Below are positions 48,358-58,619 of a stretch of DNA of 64,000 nucleotides, piece by piece (within the stretch, counting starts at the first letter, position 1; the number at the start of each line of letters is the position of its first letter). The DNA is taken from NCBI GenBank assembly GCA_026416125.1, contig JAOAFT010000003.1, positions 82,022 through 146,021 of the forward strand, given 5' to 3'. The translations under genes and the position numbers were made by a program. This DNA is from Bacteroidota bacterium (GTDB lineage Bacteria > Bacteroidota > Ignavibacteria > UBA10030). The notes under the pieces are model-generated. The model saw only the letters and a program-made list of their open reading frames with translations. It was not told where the DNA came from and searched no databases.

Positions 48358-50931
48358 CTACCCCCACTTGATTAATCCATCGTGGAAAGGATTAATAAGA
48401 TCTTGGTGATTTGGAAGTATACGTACAGTGTATCCAATTCTTCCACTTTTCACCAGTGTTATTTTCCCTGAAAATTCATAGAGAGAATCGTTGACTTTCT
48501 TTGTGTTGGTGATGGTTACTGTATGGGGATTTGAAATCGTTCCTGCTGCATCCATTGGTCCATAATAGATTTGTACTTGAACATCGGTCGGTGATACATT
48601 TCCCAGATTGATGAATACTCGTACTGGACAGAAATCACCAACCTTTAAATTTGCATCACTATCGATGATCATTTGTTCGATTTTAATGTTGTTCCATTCA
48701 TTAGCAAGTTTTTGTTTCCATGTGGCGAGTTTTCGTACACGTTCAAAGTTGTTTGATGCAAGTTCATGAGCACGATGGGCTGCTGGGAGGTACAATTGCT
48801 CAGTGTAATCTCGCACCATTCTGCTTGTATTGAACACAGGACCAATTGCACGCATTGACGATTTCATTTTTGCTATCCACCCTCGGGGTAAATCGTCTGT
48901 CGAACGTGTATAGAAGAGCGGAATAATTTCTTTTTCGAGAAGATCGTAGAGAGCGTTCGACTCAACTTCATTTTGGTATTCGATGTCGCTGTACTCTTCT
49001 CCTCGACCGATTGCCCACCCCACATCTGGATTGTATGCTTCGTCCCACCATCCATCGAGGATACTCACGTTGAGAGCACCGTTCAAGGCTGCTTTCATTC
49101 CACTTGTTCCGCTCGCTTCCAATGGACGACGTGGGGTATTCAACCACACATCAACTCCTTGCACGATGTACCGTGCTACAACGATATCGTAGTCTTCGAT
49201 GAATACCATCCTGTAACGTGCTTCAGGACGTCGTTCGAAGTGAATAATTTGTCGGATGAGTTCTTTCCCAGGATTGTCAAGAGGATGTGCTTTTCCGGAA
49301 AAAATGATTTGAACGGGTCGTTCCTTGTTGCTAAGGATTTTTAGTAATCGGTCTGGATTGCGCAGTAATAGTGTAGCTCGTTTGTAGGTAGCAAACCGTC
49401 GTGCAAATCCAATGGTAAGTGCTTCAGGGTTGAGAATTTCAGCAGCTTGGGCAATTTCCGATGCTGTTGCTCCGCGTGCTGCGAGTTGGTGCCGCAAGCG
49501 TTGACGAGCAAAGGCAACAAGTCGTTCTCGACGTCGCTCGTGTGTTCTCCAAAGTTCTTCATCTGGAATCTGAGTTATTCGATTCCAGATGGTTTGTTGT
49601 TCTTCGTTTTCTCGCCATCCAGTACCGAGGTACCGATCAAAAAGTCCAGCCATTTCGCGACTTACCCACGATGGACCATGGACAGCGTTTGTGATTGACG
49701 TAATGGGTATTTCGTCTTCAGGAACATTAGGCCACACATTCTTCCACATAGCACGTGATACTTTACCATGGAGTTTACTTACGCCATTCGAACGTCCTGA
49801 CATCCGAAGAGCTAAAATTGTCATACAGAAACTTTCACCATCGTTTTGTGGATTTTCTCTTCCGAGCCCTAAAAATTCTCTCATCGAGATACCAAGTGAT
49901 TGGACGTATTTCGAAAAATATTTTTCGACTAAGTGAGGTTCGAAGTAATCGTTACCAGCAGGTACGGGTGTATGTGTTGTAAATACGGTACTGGCAATTG
50001 TCATCTCTTTCGCTTCGTGAAAACTAATGGAATATTTTTGCATGAGTGCTCGGCAATGCTCTACAGTGAGAAATGCGGAATGACCTTCATTAATGTGATA
50101 AACGGTTGGTGAAATACCAAGAGCCTCTAATGCTCGATATCCACCAATTCCGAGGAGTATTTCCTGTTGTATTCGCTTCTCTCGATCACCACCGTAGAGT
50201 TGATCTGTTATTGTTTGGTCGCTGGGCGCATTCTCCGGGATGTTTGTATCAAGTAAATAGAGGGGAATGCGACCTACCTGAACTTTCCATATTTTTGCAC
50301 TTACAACTCGTCCGGGAAAGTCAATTGTGATAAGGAATGGCTTCCCTGAAGCATCGACTTCGGGTTTGAGAGGGAGTACGTAAAAGTCATTTACAGGGTA
50401 CCGTTCTTGTTGCCAACCATCTACGTTGAGATACTGTCGAAAGTATCCCTGTTGGTAGAGCAACCCAACACCAACTAATGGTACACCCAAGTCACTTGCT
50501 GCTTTAAGGTGGTCGCCTGAGAGGAGACCAAGTCCACCAGAGTAGTTTTGTAAACATTCAGTAATTCCAAATTCTGCAGAGAAATACGCAAACTTGTATT
50601 TTTGTGAGCCTTTGTTAAACTTATTGTACCATGTTGATGTGTGTTGCATGTACTCGGTAAGACGTTCGCATGCACGTTGGAGTTGATTGAGGTACGCTTC
50701 GTTCTCAGCAAATTGATTGAGTTTCTCTTGACTTATTTTCCCAAGCATTTCAACGGGGTTGTGATTTGTTGCCTCCCATAAGTCTGGATCGAGTCGAAAG
50801 AAAAGGTCCATTAAATCTGGATCCCACACCCAGTAGAGATTGTATGCAAGTGGCAAAAGACACTGGAGCTTCTGTGGAATTGATGGTGAAACAGTCAAGG
50901 AAACAAGTGGTTTTATCATACGAACCCTCAC
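48358..50931 (-). CDS. glgP: Alpha-glucan phosphorylase (GT35; glycogen/maltodextrin phosphorylase, long GlgP type with DUF3417-like N-terminus)
   Basis: PLP-binding motif SGTSGMKAALNG. The HGKVSRAM and SGKAHPLD blocks. 857 aa. Confidence 0.85.
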   Translation of the reverse strand: MRVRMIKPLVSLTVSPSIPQKLQCLLPLAYNLYWVWDPDLMDLFFRLDPDLWEATNHNPVEMLGKISQEKLNQFAENEAYLNQLQRACERLTEYMQHTSTWYNKFNKGSQKYKFAYFSAEFGITECLQNYSGGLGLLSGDHLKAASDLGVPLVGVGLLYQQGYFRQYLNVDGWQQERYPVNDFYVLPLKPEVDASGKPFLITIDFPGRVVSAKIWKVQVGRIPLYLLDTNIPENAPSDQTITDQLYGGDREKRIQQEILLGIGGYRALEALGISPTVYHINEGHSAFLTVEHCRALMQKYSISFHEAKEMTIASTVFTTHTPVPAGNDYFEPHLVEKYFSKYVQSLGISMREFLGLGRENPQNDGESFCMTILALRMSGRSNGVSKLHGKVSRAMWKNVWPNVPEDEIPITSITNAVHGPSWVSREMAGLFDRYLGTGWRENEEQQTIWNRITQIPDEELWRTHERRRERLVAFARQRLRHQLAARGATASEIAQAAEILNPEALTIGFARRFATYKRATLLLRNPDRLLKILSNKERPVQIIFSGKAHPLDNPGKELIRQIIHFERRPEARYRMVFIEDYDIVVARYIVQGVDVWLNTPRRPLEASGTSGMKAALNGALNVSILDGWWDEAYNPDVGWAIGRGEEYSDIEYQNEVESNALYDLLEKEIIPLFYTRSTDDLPRGWIAKMKSSMRAIGPVFNTSRMVRDYTEQLYLPAAHRAHELASNNFERVRKLATWKQKLANEWNNIKIEQMIIDSDANLKVGDFCPVRVFINLGNVSPTDVQVQIYYGPMDAAGTISNPHTVTITNTKKVNDSLYEFSGKITLVKSGRIGYTVRILPNHQDLINPFHDGLIKWG

Positions 50932-51161
50932 CGTTTGTTTTTTGCTTCATTCAATCATAAGAAAGATTCGATTGAAAATCTATACTATGCTTTACGAAAA
51001 TATGCAGATTAATACATCTGTTTGAGTGAAAAATATCGCTCTTTGTATAGTACTCCTAACATTGCATTCGCTTCCTTTATGTGTTATATTTCACTATAAA
51101 AGTGGTAAGTATTACATCTCAGCTGAATTTGGAACTAATAATTCACAAAAACACTCACTTC

Positions 51162-53741
51162 ATGAATCTCGTCTTCTGGTGCACTCTTTTTTTTATTCTG
51201 GCCCAATGTACAAATGGAAGCCCTCTTATTTTTTCAACTACACCTGGTGTACCGGAGGGAATTGAGTGTGGCCCTTATGGCGAAACAAGTACTCGTAAAA
51301 GGATTGATTTACAAGGGAAATGGAATGTTTCCTTTGATGGTGGTGCTACATTTAAATCAATCCATGTACCTGCATCGATCGATTATGAAGGCGAAGCAAT
51401 TTTCCAACGCACAGTGACTATAGATTCAAGTACTCTTGCAACATCATCGTTAAAACTCATAGCGTATGGAATCAATAACGAGTGTGAAATTTTTCTCAAT
51501 GGAATTGCTGTTGGTAAACATGAAACTGGGTTCACGGTATTCGAGGTACCCATACCGGATGGTGTTCTTCGTGGAGGTCAAAACAATGAACTCCAAATTA
51601 TTGTAAGGAATACGCTTAACACTCAAAAAACGCTTCCACTCCGAAAACAGATTTTAGATTGGAAAAACTATAATGGAATTATACGAGACATTTTTTTTCT
51701 AACCTATCCTCGTACGTCGATAGATAGTGTGTTAATTCGAACGAGTGTAAATACTCAACTTCTCCAAGGAATTGTCGATATTCAAGTTTCAATAAGAGAT
51801 ACACGTCTAGAAGTGGATAAAAGGCTATTGAATAAAGTACTTGTAGCGGATCTTGTAGAAGCTTCGTCAGACATTCCTATTAGTACAACGAAAGTTTCAA
51901 TGTTAGAGGGGATCTTTACTGCAAGTGGTGTTCACATTTCACTCCCCGTTAACACACCACGATTGTGGAGTCCAGAAAACCCTGTGCTTTATAGGTTAAG
52001 ACTTGCTCTTTATAAAACGGCTGGGAAGCAAAATATTCTCATTGATGAGTGCCTTTATGATATTGGGTTTGTTACCATTGAAGCAAAAAATGGTGTATTG
52101 AAAGTTAATGGAAACCCTTTCTTTGTAAAAGGGATAGTATGGCACGAAGATGCACCTGAGTTTGGAGCCTCGCTCTCATATGAGAGAATGGAAAAAGATA
52201 TTGCAATGATCAAAGCTTTAGGTGCAAACACAATTCGTTGTGCATTTAATCCTCCACACCCATACATTCTCAATTTGTGCAATAGATATGGAGTGTTTGT
52301 TTGCTTGGAACTCCCTGTAAGAGAAGCGACAGCGCACGAACTAAAACAAGAAGCGATACGCGTTAAACTCTCATCGATGGTTGATAAAGTATTGTACTAT
52401 GCAGGTGTTTCACCGAGTATTTTAGCATGGGGAATTGGGAGTTCGTTCGATTCAGCGGATCCTGATTCGAGAGAATATGTTCAAGCGATGGGTCGACGCA
52501 TTGGTGCACTGGATTCTCGTCCAGTGTACTATGGTACTGCTCTCCTTCAGAATGATGTTTGTGCTAATGAAGTCCCCTGTGTAGGTATTATTCCACGCGC
52601 TGGTGATAGTAAGGTGTTCAATGAGCAAATTCTCAATTGGAAAAAGCGTTACCCGCACGTTGTGACTTTTGTGTTGAATTATGGGAAAGAAGTACTCCAT
52701 GGGAATAAAAGTGGATATAACAATCCCCTCTCTGAACAAGCACATGCTCGTTTCTTCATTCAACATTATACGACAATTAAGGAGTCTGGTATTAGTGGTG
52801 GTTTTATCGATGCTTTTGCTGATTGGCGGGGGAATATTCCAATACTGACGATGAACATTCAAGACCCGACTATCTATCCTCGGGGAATATTGAGTTACCA
52901 TCGGGAAAAGCGACTTTCATACGATGTAGTTCGTGCGCTCTATTCCAATGCGCGGATCGATCCGTTTCCTGCTGGAAAATATCGTTCAGCATATCCCTTT
53001 CTCTACATTGGAATAGGATTCATACTCATTTTTTTCTGGGGCTACCTCTTTACGTATAACCACCATTTTAGTGAAGCGGTGCGACGATCACTCTTTCGAT
53101 CGTTTAACTTTTTTGAAGATATTCGAGAGAGACGAGGAGCTCACATCTTTTATACAGTACTCATGGGAGTGTTCAATGCAGCGGCAATGGCACTCATATT
53201 CTCAAGCTTGTTATATTATTTTCGTACGAATGGAGTCTTTGACTACATGATCTCAGTGATTTTCCCTGATCAGCTTGTGAAAAATCTTGTAATCTACATT
53301 GCATGGAATGAGGGAAAAGGTCTCCTACTTCTCCTTGCAATACTTGTCTGTGTCTTACTCTGTACACTTATAGTTTGGAAAATTATTGCTGTGAGTATGG
53401 GAAAACAGTTTAATTGGTATTATACATTCGCAAGTATTGTGTGGGGTACGACACCAATTGCCTCTCTAATTCCTATTTCGATGGTGCTCTTTAAAGTATT
53501 ACAAAACCCGCTCTATGCGATTCCGATTGGATTTTTTATGTGGCTTATTCTTTTGTGGTGTGTGCTTCGAGTTTTCCGTGCAATTTCAATTACATACGAA
53601 GTACCGTATCCGACGGTAATTGGTGCGGGAATGATTATATTCTGTTGCATCCTTGGAGTACTCTATCTTTATTATGAGAATACTATCGGTATTACTTCTT
53701 ACCTGTACTACTTATACCATTTATTACAGAATGTTGTCTAA
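51162..53741 (+). CDS. GH2-like protein (sugar-binding jelly roll plus TIM barrel) lacking both catalytic Glu residues, fused to a C-terminal polytopic membrane domain
   Basis: ATG at 51162 (signal/TM MNLVFWCTLFFILAQC). GH2 N-terminal domain pattern, and a TIM-barrel block NTIRCAFNPPHPYILNLCNRYGVFVCLELPV. The expected acid/base WS-GNE position reads AWGIGSS. The nucleophile-region CEY reads LNY. The last roughly 280 aa contain about 7 hydrophobic helices. Confidence 0.55.
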   Translation: MNLVFWCTLFFILAQCTNGSPLIFSTTPGVPEGIECGPYGETSTRKRIDLQGKWNVSFDGGATFKSIHVPASIDYEGEAIFQRTVTIDSSTLATSSLKLIAYGINNECEIFLNGIAVGKHETGFTVFEVPIPDGVLRGGQNNELQIIVRNTLNTQKTLPLRKQILDWKNYNGIIRDIFFLTYPRTSIDSVLIRTSVNTQLLQGIVDIQVSIRDTRLEVDKRLLNKVLVADLVEASSDIPISTTKVSMLEGIFTASGVHISLPVNTPRLWSPENPVLYRLRLALYKTAGKQNILIDECLYDIGFVTIEAKNGVLKVNGNPFFVKGIVWHEDAPEFGASLSYERMEKDIAMIKALGANTIRCAFNPPHPYILNLCNRYGVFVCLELPVREATAHELKQEAIRVKLSSMVDKVLYYAGVSPSILAWGIGSSFDSADPDSREYVQAMGRRIGALDSRPVYYGTALLQNDVCANEVPCVGIIPRAGDSKVFNEQILNWKKRYPHVVTFVLNYGKEVLHGNKSGYNNPLSEQAHARFFIQHYTTIKESGISGGFIDAFADWRGNIPILTMNIQDPTIYPRGILSYHREKRLSYDVVRALYSNARIDPFPAGKYRSAYPFLYIGIGFILIFFWGYLFTYNHHFSEAVRRSLFRSFNFFEDIRERRGAHIFYTVLMGVFNAAAMALIFSSLLYYFRTNGVFDYMISVIFPDQLVKNLVIYIAWNEGKGLLLLLAILVCVLLCTLIVWKIIAVSMGKQFNWYYTFASIVWGTTPIASLIPISMVLFKVLQNPLYAIPIGFFMWLILLWCVLRVFRAISITYEVPYPTVIGAGMIIFCCILGVLYLYYENTIGITSYLYYLYHLLQNVV

Positions 53742-56700
53742 TGTTTCTTTCAAAGTTAGAAATATTTGGGTTTAAATCTTTTGCACAAAAAGTAAGTTTG
53801 ACGTTCGATGAAGGTATTACCGCAATTGTAGGGCCAAATGGTTCTGGGAAAACGAACGTTGTGGATGCAATTCGGTGGGTACTTGGCGAACAACGTCCTA
53901 CGACGCTTCGCAGCGATAAAATGGAGGATGTTATTTTCAACGGTACAAAATCGCGGAAGCCATTAAATGTTGCAGAAGTGTCAATTACCATTGAAAACAC
54001 TAAAGGGATACTTCCCACTGAATATTCAGAAGTTACCATTACACGCCGTGTTTTCCGTTCGGGAGAAAGTGAATACTATATCAATAAGAATCTCTGTCGG
54101 CTAAAAGATATTCGTGATCTTTTTATGGATACAGGGATGGGGTCAGATGCATACTCGGTAATTGAACTCAAAATGGTAGAAAGTATCTTAAGCGACAATT
54201 CTGATGAACGGCGACGATTATTCGAAGAATCTGCTGGTGTCACAAAGTTTAAACATCGAAGGAAAGAAGCATTTCGCCGACTTGAAGCTGTTCGACAAGA
54301 CCTTACACGGGTAAATGATATTATTCGAGGTGTAGAAAAAGCTGTTTCTTCTTTGGAGCGTCAAGCTCAGAAGGCTGAGAAATATAACGAACTGTCAACG
54401 CTTTTGAAACAACGGGAAACAGAACTCTTGCGCTATGAGTATGCAAATATTCTTTATAAGATCGAACCACTGAAAAATGAATTAACACGTGCTGTTGATG
54501 AGAAACATCGAATAGAGATCGAGGTACGACAAGAAGAAACACTCCTGGATATTTTACGTCAAGAACTTGTTGAGTTAGAGCGGCATCTTACCGCAACTCA
54601 TGCAAGTTTACAACAGAAGCAGAGTGAGATCCATGAGTTAGAACAAAAGCGGGCTACACTCTTTGAACGACGCCGTGCTCTTGAGGAAAACATCGCACGG
54701 TACGAACGCGAACGAGTGGAAATACACCAACAACGACTTGAACTTGAAGCACGCCAGGCAACTATTGTTAAAACACTTGATCAGCTCCGAAATACTATTA
54801 TGTCTGCTGAGCACCATGCTCATGAAAAGCAGTGCATCCTTGTGGAGTACGAGCATCAGCTTGCAGCAAAGAAGGAAGAATTGAAAACATACCAGGATCG
54901 TGTAGTAGCCCTACTCCATGAACTTGGACAACAGCGTGCACGTGAAAGTCAATTGAAAGCAAATATTGAAAATGTTCGAGGTCGTATTAGCTACATCGAA
55001 GAAGAAAGCAAACAATACTGCGAAGACCTAAAACGGTATGAAATTCGTATTGCAACGCTCACTGCAGAAGATAAACAACTCCGTCTTCAGTTTGCTGAAG
55101 CCGAAGTACGAACACATCAATTAGAAAACTACAGAGTTTCACTCCAAGAAAAGATAGAATTACTCCGAAAGCGTGAGCACGAAATTCTTGGAATTCTCGA
55201 ACGAAAGAAAGCGCGAATAGACTTTCTGAGAAGTCTAGTCGAAAGTTTCGATGGGTACTCTGAAGGTGCAAAGTACCTCATAACAAGTAATGAGTGGAGC
55301 TCAAAAATTCTTAATACTGTTGGTGAAAGTTTAGCGACCGACGCAAAATATCGTGTTGCTTTAGAGAACGCTCTCGGTGAAACAGCCGGTTACATTGTTG
55401 TTGAGAGTGTTGCAGAAGCATACAATGCTATGGAATTCCTCAAACGCAGTAACAAGGGAAAGGCAACGTTTATCTGCCTTGACAGGGTACCACCGAGTGT
55501 GTCGCTACCTCCTCTCATCCAACGTCAAGGTGTACTCGATTGGGCTTTAAATGTTGTTTCGTACGAACCTCGCTATGCACAGCTTTTTGCATTTCTCCTA
55601 AGTGATACACTCATCGTAGAGGACATCCCTACGGCCTTGTCAATTGTTGATGAGTTTCCATCGGTACGTTGCATAACGCTTGAAGGAGAAGTTGTAACTG
55701 GTCGTGGTGTTGTGAGAGGTGGAAGTGTCCGTCACGATGAAGGTGATCATATCAGCAAGCGGTCACAGTTAGATGAACTGTCACGGGAAGTTGAGTCGTT
55801 GAAAGCAGAACATGCTCACATTCTCAACGAGGTGCAAGCAACTCAGAAAACCCTGGAGGAAGTAAACCTCACCACACTCATTGATGAAGTAAAGAAGCTA
55901 GAACAACAGAAAACAAACGTAGAAATTCGTATTGCTCAGGTAGAATTTGAAAAAAAACGAGCACACGAGCGCATTGAGCGAAATGCTGCTGAAATCGAGA
56001 GACTCAAGACGGAAATTCTCGTACTCACCCAGGAACTTGAAGCGATATCTCCTACTATTGTAGAACTCGAGACACAACAATCAGCGCTTGAGCAACAGGT
56101 TGGTGGAATTATGAGAGATGTAAGATCAATGGAAGTCCAGTGGAATGAGTATGCTCGAGCGTCTCAAGAAGCGACGGTTCAGCTCATGAACATGCGCTCT
56201 GAAGAGCGGAGTCTCCTCCAGTCAATCGAGCATATTGACTCAACTCTCGAAACACTCGATGCAACAGCAGAACAGCGAACACTCGATACTGAAGAAGCTC
56301 GCTGCGAATGTATATCGCTCACAACACAAATACAGGAAATCGAGGCAGCTTTGAAAGAATTACGGGAGGAGTATACTCAAATTCTTGAATCGAAACAAGT
56401 GCTTGATAATGAATACTCTACAAAACGTGCACGTGTGCACGAAGTAGAACAGAAGCTCAAGGACGAACGAGCACGGCAGGAAGGTACTCTCAAAGCAGCG
56501 TACGACCTTGAAATGAAAATTCAGGAATTATCCGTGCGTGCAGACAACCTTCGTACCCGTGCACTGGAGGATTTTGGAATAGAACTAACTATTGATACTC
56601 TTCAACGTGAAAAAGCTGAACAGTATGATATTGTAACAGCACGTGAAGAGGTCCAAACACTCAAGAATAAAATTGCTGCACTTGGTGCTGTAAACTTTGC

Positions 56701-57304
56701 TGCATTTGATGAGTATAAGAATGAGAAAGAACGTTTAGATTTCATGGTAGCACAGCGGGATGACCTCGAACAGTCTGAGAAAACGTTGCTTGAAACAATT
56801 GATGAAATAAACACGACAGCACAACGTCAGTTCCTTTCAACATTTGAGCAAATTCGTGAGAATTTTATATCAACCTTTAAAACACTTTTCGACGAAGGCG
56901 ACGAATGTGATTTGCGATTAGAGGAGGGGGTTGATCCACTCGAGGCACGGATTGAAATTATTGCAAAGCCACGTGGGAAACGTCCGACATCGATTGATTT
57001 ACTCTCTGGTGGTGAAAAAACACTTACGGCAATTGCACTCCTCTTTGCAATTTACCTTGTAAAACCAAGCCCGTTTTGTATTCTTGATGAAGTTGATGCA
57101 CCTCTTGATGACACAAATATTGACCGCTTTACACGTATCCTTCATAAATTTTCCGATAACACTCAATTCGTTGTTGTTACACACAACAAACGGACTATGG
57201 AAGCAGCACATGCAATGTACGGGGTAACCATGGAAGAAGAGGGGGTTTCAAAATTGGTATCTGTACGATTCCAAGAGTTCACGGAGAAAGAAGACCACCG
57301 ATGA
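53741..57304 (+). CDS. smc: Chromosome segregation protein SMC
   Basis: Walker A GPNGSGKTN at the N-terminus, long coiled coils, a hinge, and the C-terminal ABC signature LSGGEKTLTAIALLFAI with Walker B ILDEVDAPLD. 1187 aa. Confidence 0.95.
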   Translation: MFLSKLEIFGFKSFAQKVSLTFDEGITAIVGPNGSGKTNVVDAIRWVLGEQRPTTLRSDKMEDVIFNGTKSRKPLNVAEVSITIENTKGILPTEYSEVTITRRVFRSGESEYYINKNLCRLKDIRDLFMDTGMGSDAYSVIELKMVESILSDNSDERRRLFEESAGVTKFKHRRKEAFRRLEAVRQDLTRVNDIIRGVEKAVSSLERQAQKAEKYNELSTLLKQRETELLRYEYANILYKIEPLKNELTRAVDEKHRIEIEVRQEETLLDILRQELVELERHLTATHASLQQKQSEIHELEQKRATLFERRRALEENIARYERERVEIHQQRLELEARQATIVKTLDQLRNTIMSAEHHAHEKQCILVEYEHQLAAKKEELKTYQDRVVALLHELGQQRARESQLKANIENVRGRISYIEEESKQYCEDLKRYEIRIATLTAEDKQLRLQFAEAEVRTHQLENYRVSLQEKIELLRKREHEILGILERKKARIDFLRSLVESFDGYSEGAKYLITSNEWSSKILNTVGESLATDAKYRVALENALGETAGYIVVESVAEAYNAMEFLKRSNKGKATFICLDRVPPSVSLPPLIQRQGVLDWALNVVSYEPRYAQLFAFLLSDTLIVEDIPTALSIVDEFPSVRCITLEGEVVTGRGVVRGGSVRHDEGDHISKRSQLDELSREVESLKAEHAHILNEVQATQKTLEEVNLTTLIDEVKKLEQQKTNVEIRIAQVEFEKKRAHERIERNAAEIERLKTEILVLTQELEAISPTIVELETQQSALEQQVGGIMRDVRSMEVQWNEYARASQEATVQLMNMRSEERSLLQSIEHIDSTLETLDATAEQRTLDTEEARCECISLTTQIQEIEAALKELREEYTQILESKQVLDNEYSTKRARVHEVEQKLKDERARQEGTLKAAYDLEMKIQELSVRADNLRTRALEDFGIELTIDTLQREKAEQYDIVTAREEVQTLKNKIAALGAVNFAAFDEYKNEKERLDFMVAQRDDLEQSEKTLLETIDEINTTAQRQFLSTFEQIRENFISTFKTLFDEGDECDLRLEEGVDPLEARIEIIAKPRGKRPTSIDLLSGGEKTLTAIALLFAIYLVKPSPFCILDEVDAPLDDTNIDRFTRILHKFSDNTQFVVVTHNKRTMEAAHAMYGVTMEEEGVSKLVSVRFQEFTEKEDHR

Positions 57305-58017
57305 TTCGTGTGTTCTGTGATTTCGATGGAACAGTTTGCACTGCGGATGTCGGCGAACAATTGTTTCGTAACTTTGTTCGATTGAACACTGAACAATTTG
57401 TCGAACAATTCATACGAGGTGAACTCAGTGGAAGAGAGTTACTCCAATGCGAATGTTCGCTACTTCCCCGAATGGACCGGGAAGTCGTTGAAGAATTTGC
57501 ATTACAGTTTCATCTTGACCCATATTTTCGTGAGTTCGAAGCATTTTGTCGTCAACATGGAATTACTATCACCATTCTCAGCGATGGACTCGATGTGTAC
57601 ATTACAACCATTCTCAAGCGAGAAGGTCTTCACCATATACCTGTCTACGCAAATTGTATGCACTTTGTTTCTACACCTAATGGTACAGAAATTCGTGTAG
57701 AATTTCGGTATTCTGATGAAGAGTGTAGTGAATGTGGGAATTGTAAACGAAACCATCTCCTTGTACAATCGTCGGATGAAGACATCATTATATACATTGG
57801 TGATGGCTACTCAGATCGGTGTCCAGTTGAGTACGCAGATTATATTTTTGCGAAACGACACTTAATTCCGTACTGTCAGCAAAAGAATATTACATACTAT
57901 GAGTTTAAAAACTTTGATGATGTGCGACGCAAACTTGAAGAATTACTTCAGCGAAAACGATTGCGACATCGTGTTGAAGCAATGAGAGCACGTTCACGAG
58001 TGTTCATGCAAGGGTAA
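57301..58017 (+). CDS. HAD-IB family phosphatase, MtnX-like (2-hydroxy-3-keto-5-methylthiopentenyl-1-phosphate phosphatase family)
   Basis: HAD motif I FCDFDGTV. C-terminal Cys cluster CSECGNCKRNH, IGDGYSD motif, and a tail resembling MtnX. Confidence 0.55.
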   Translation: MIRVFCDFDGTVCTADVGEQLFRNFVRLNTEQFVEQFIRGELSGRELLQCECSLLPRMDREVVEEFALQFHLDPYFREFEAFCRQHGITITILSDGLDVYITTILKREGLHHIPVYANCMHFVSTPNGTEIRVEFRYSDEECSECGNCKRNHLLVQSSDEDIIIYIGDGYSDRCPVEYADYIFAKRHLIPYCQQKNITYYEFKNFDDVRRKLEELLQRKRLRHRVEAMRARSRVFMQG

Positions 58018-58036
58018 TTTGGTGAGGAACTAAATA

Positions 58037-58618
58037 GTGAAGAAATTTCGACAACTTCTTTTTACATATCGGGGATACCTTCCTATACCGTTTTTACTCA
58101 TAATGGTTGTGTATGCTCAACCAACATTTACGAGCTATGTTTTTGGTGGACTTGTAGTACTCAGTGGTGAATTACTTCGATTGTGGGGTGTTGCATACGC
58201 TGGGAGCTTGACACGTGTTACAGGGAGTGTTGGAGCACCCGAAGTAATTGTATCAGGTCCCTTTGCGTATGTCCGAAATCCATTATACGTCGGTAATATA
58301 CTCACATACGTCGGTTTTGGTATTATGTCCAATGCGCTTTTTCCATGGCTTACACTCTGTGCAGTACTGTGGTTTGCTTTCCAGTATTATCAGATTGTCT
58401 TACTTGAGGAAGAGTTTCTTGAAAAAGAATTTGGTGATATATATAAGCAATACAAGCAAAGCGTTCCAAGGTTCCTCATTTCATTCAAACGATTTAATCA
58501 TCCTATCCAGGCACACCAGAAACCAAACTGGGAAGAGGCTGTTCGATCGGAACATCGTACGTTTCAAGCATTAATCATTGTGTGGGCTATTCTTACACTT
58601 CTGTGGGTACTTCGGTAG
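58037..58618 (+). CDS. Isoprenylcysteine carboxyl methyltransferase (ICMT)/phospholipid methyltransferase-family membrane protein
   Basis: GTG start. Multi-TM. Family motifs VRNPLYVGN and EEEFLEKEFGDIYKQY. Confidence 0.65.
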   Translation: MKKFRQLLFTYRGYLPIPFLLIMVVYAQPTFTSYVFGGLVVLSGELLRLWGVAYAGSLTRVTGSVGAPEVIVSGPFAYVRNPLYVGNILTYVGFGIMSNALFPWLTLCAVLWFAFQYYQIVLLEEEFLEKEFGDIYKQYKQSVPRFLISFKRFNHPIQAHQKPNWEEAVRSEHRTFQALIIVWAILTLLWVLR

Positions 58619-58619
58619 T

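Noticed and set aside
48331-48365. 8-bp inverted repeat (gggggtag ... ctaccccc) spanning the glgP stop codon
   Set aside because: The stem includes the stop codon, the loop is 19 nt, and neither strand has a following U-run. A weak candidate for a bidirectional terminator, not reported as a feature.
53739-53741. TAATG stop/start overlap between the GH2-like gene and smc as evidence of a fusion or frameshift
   Set aside because: The frames differ and both proteins have complete termini. Simple translational coupling explains it.
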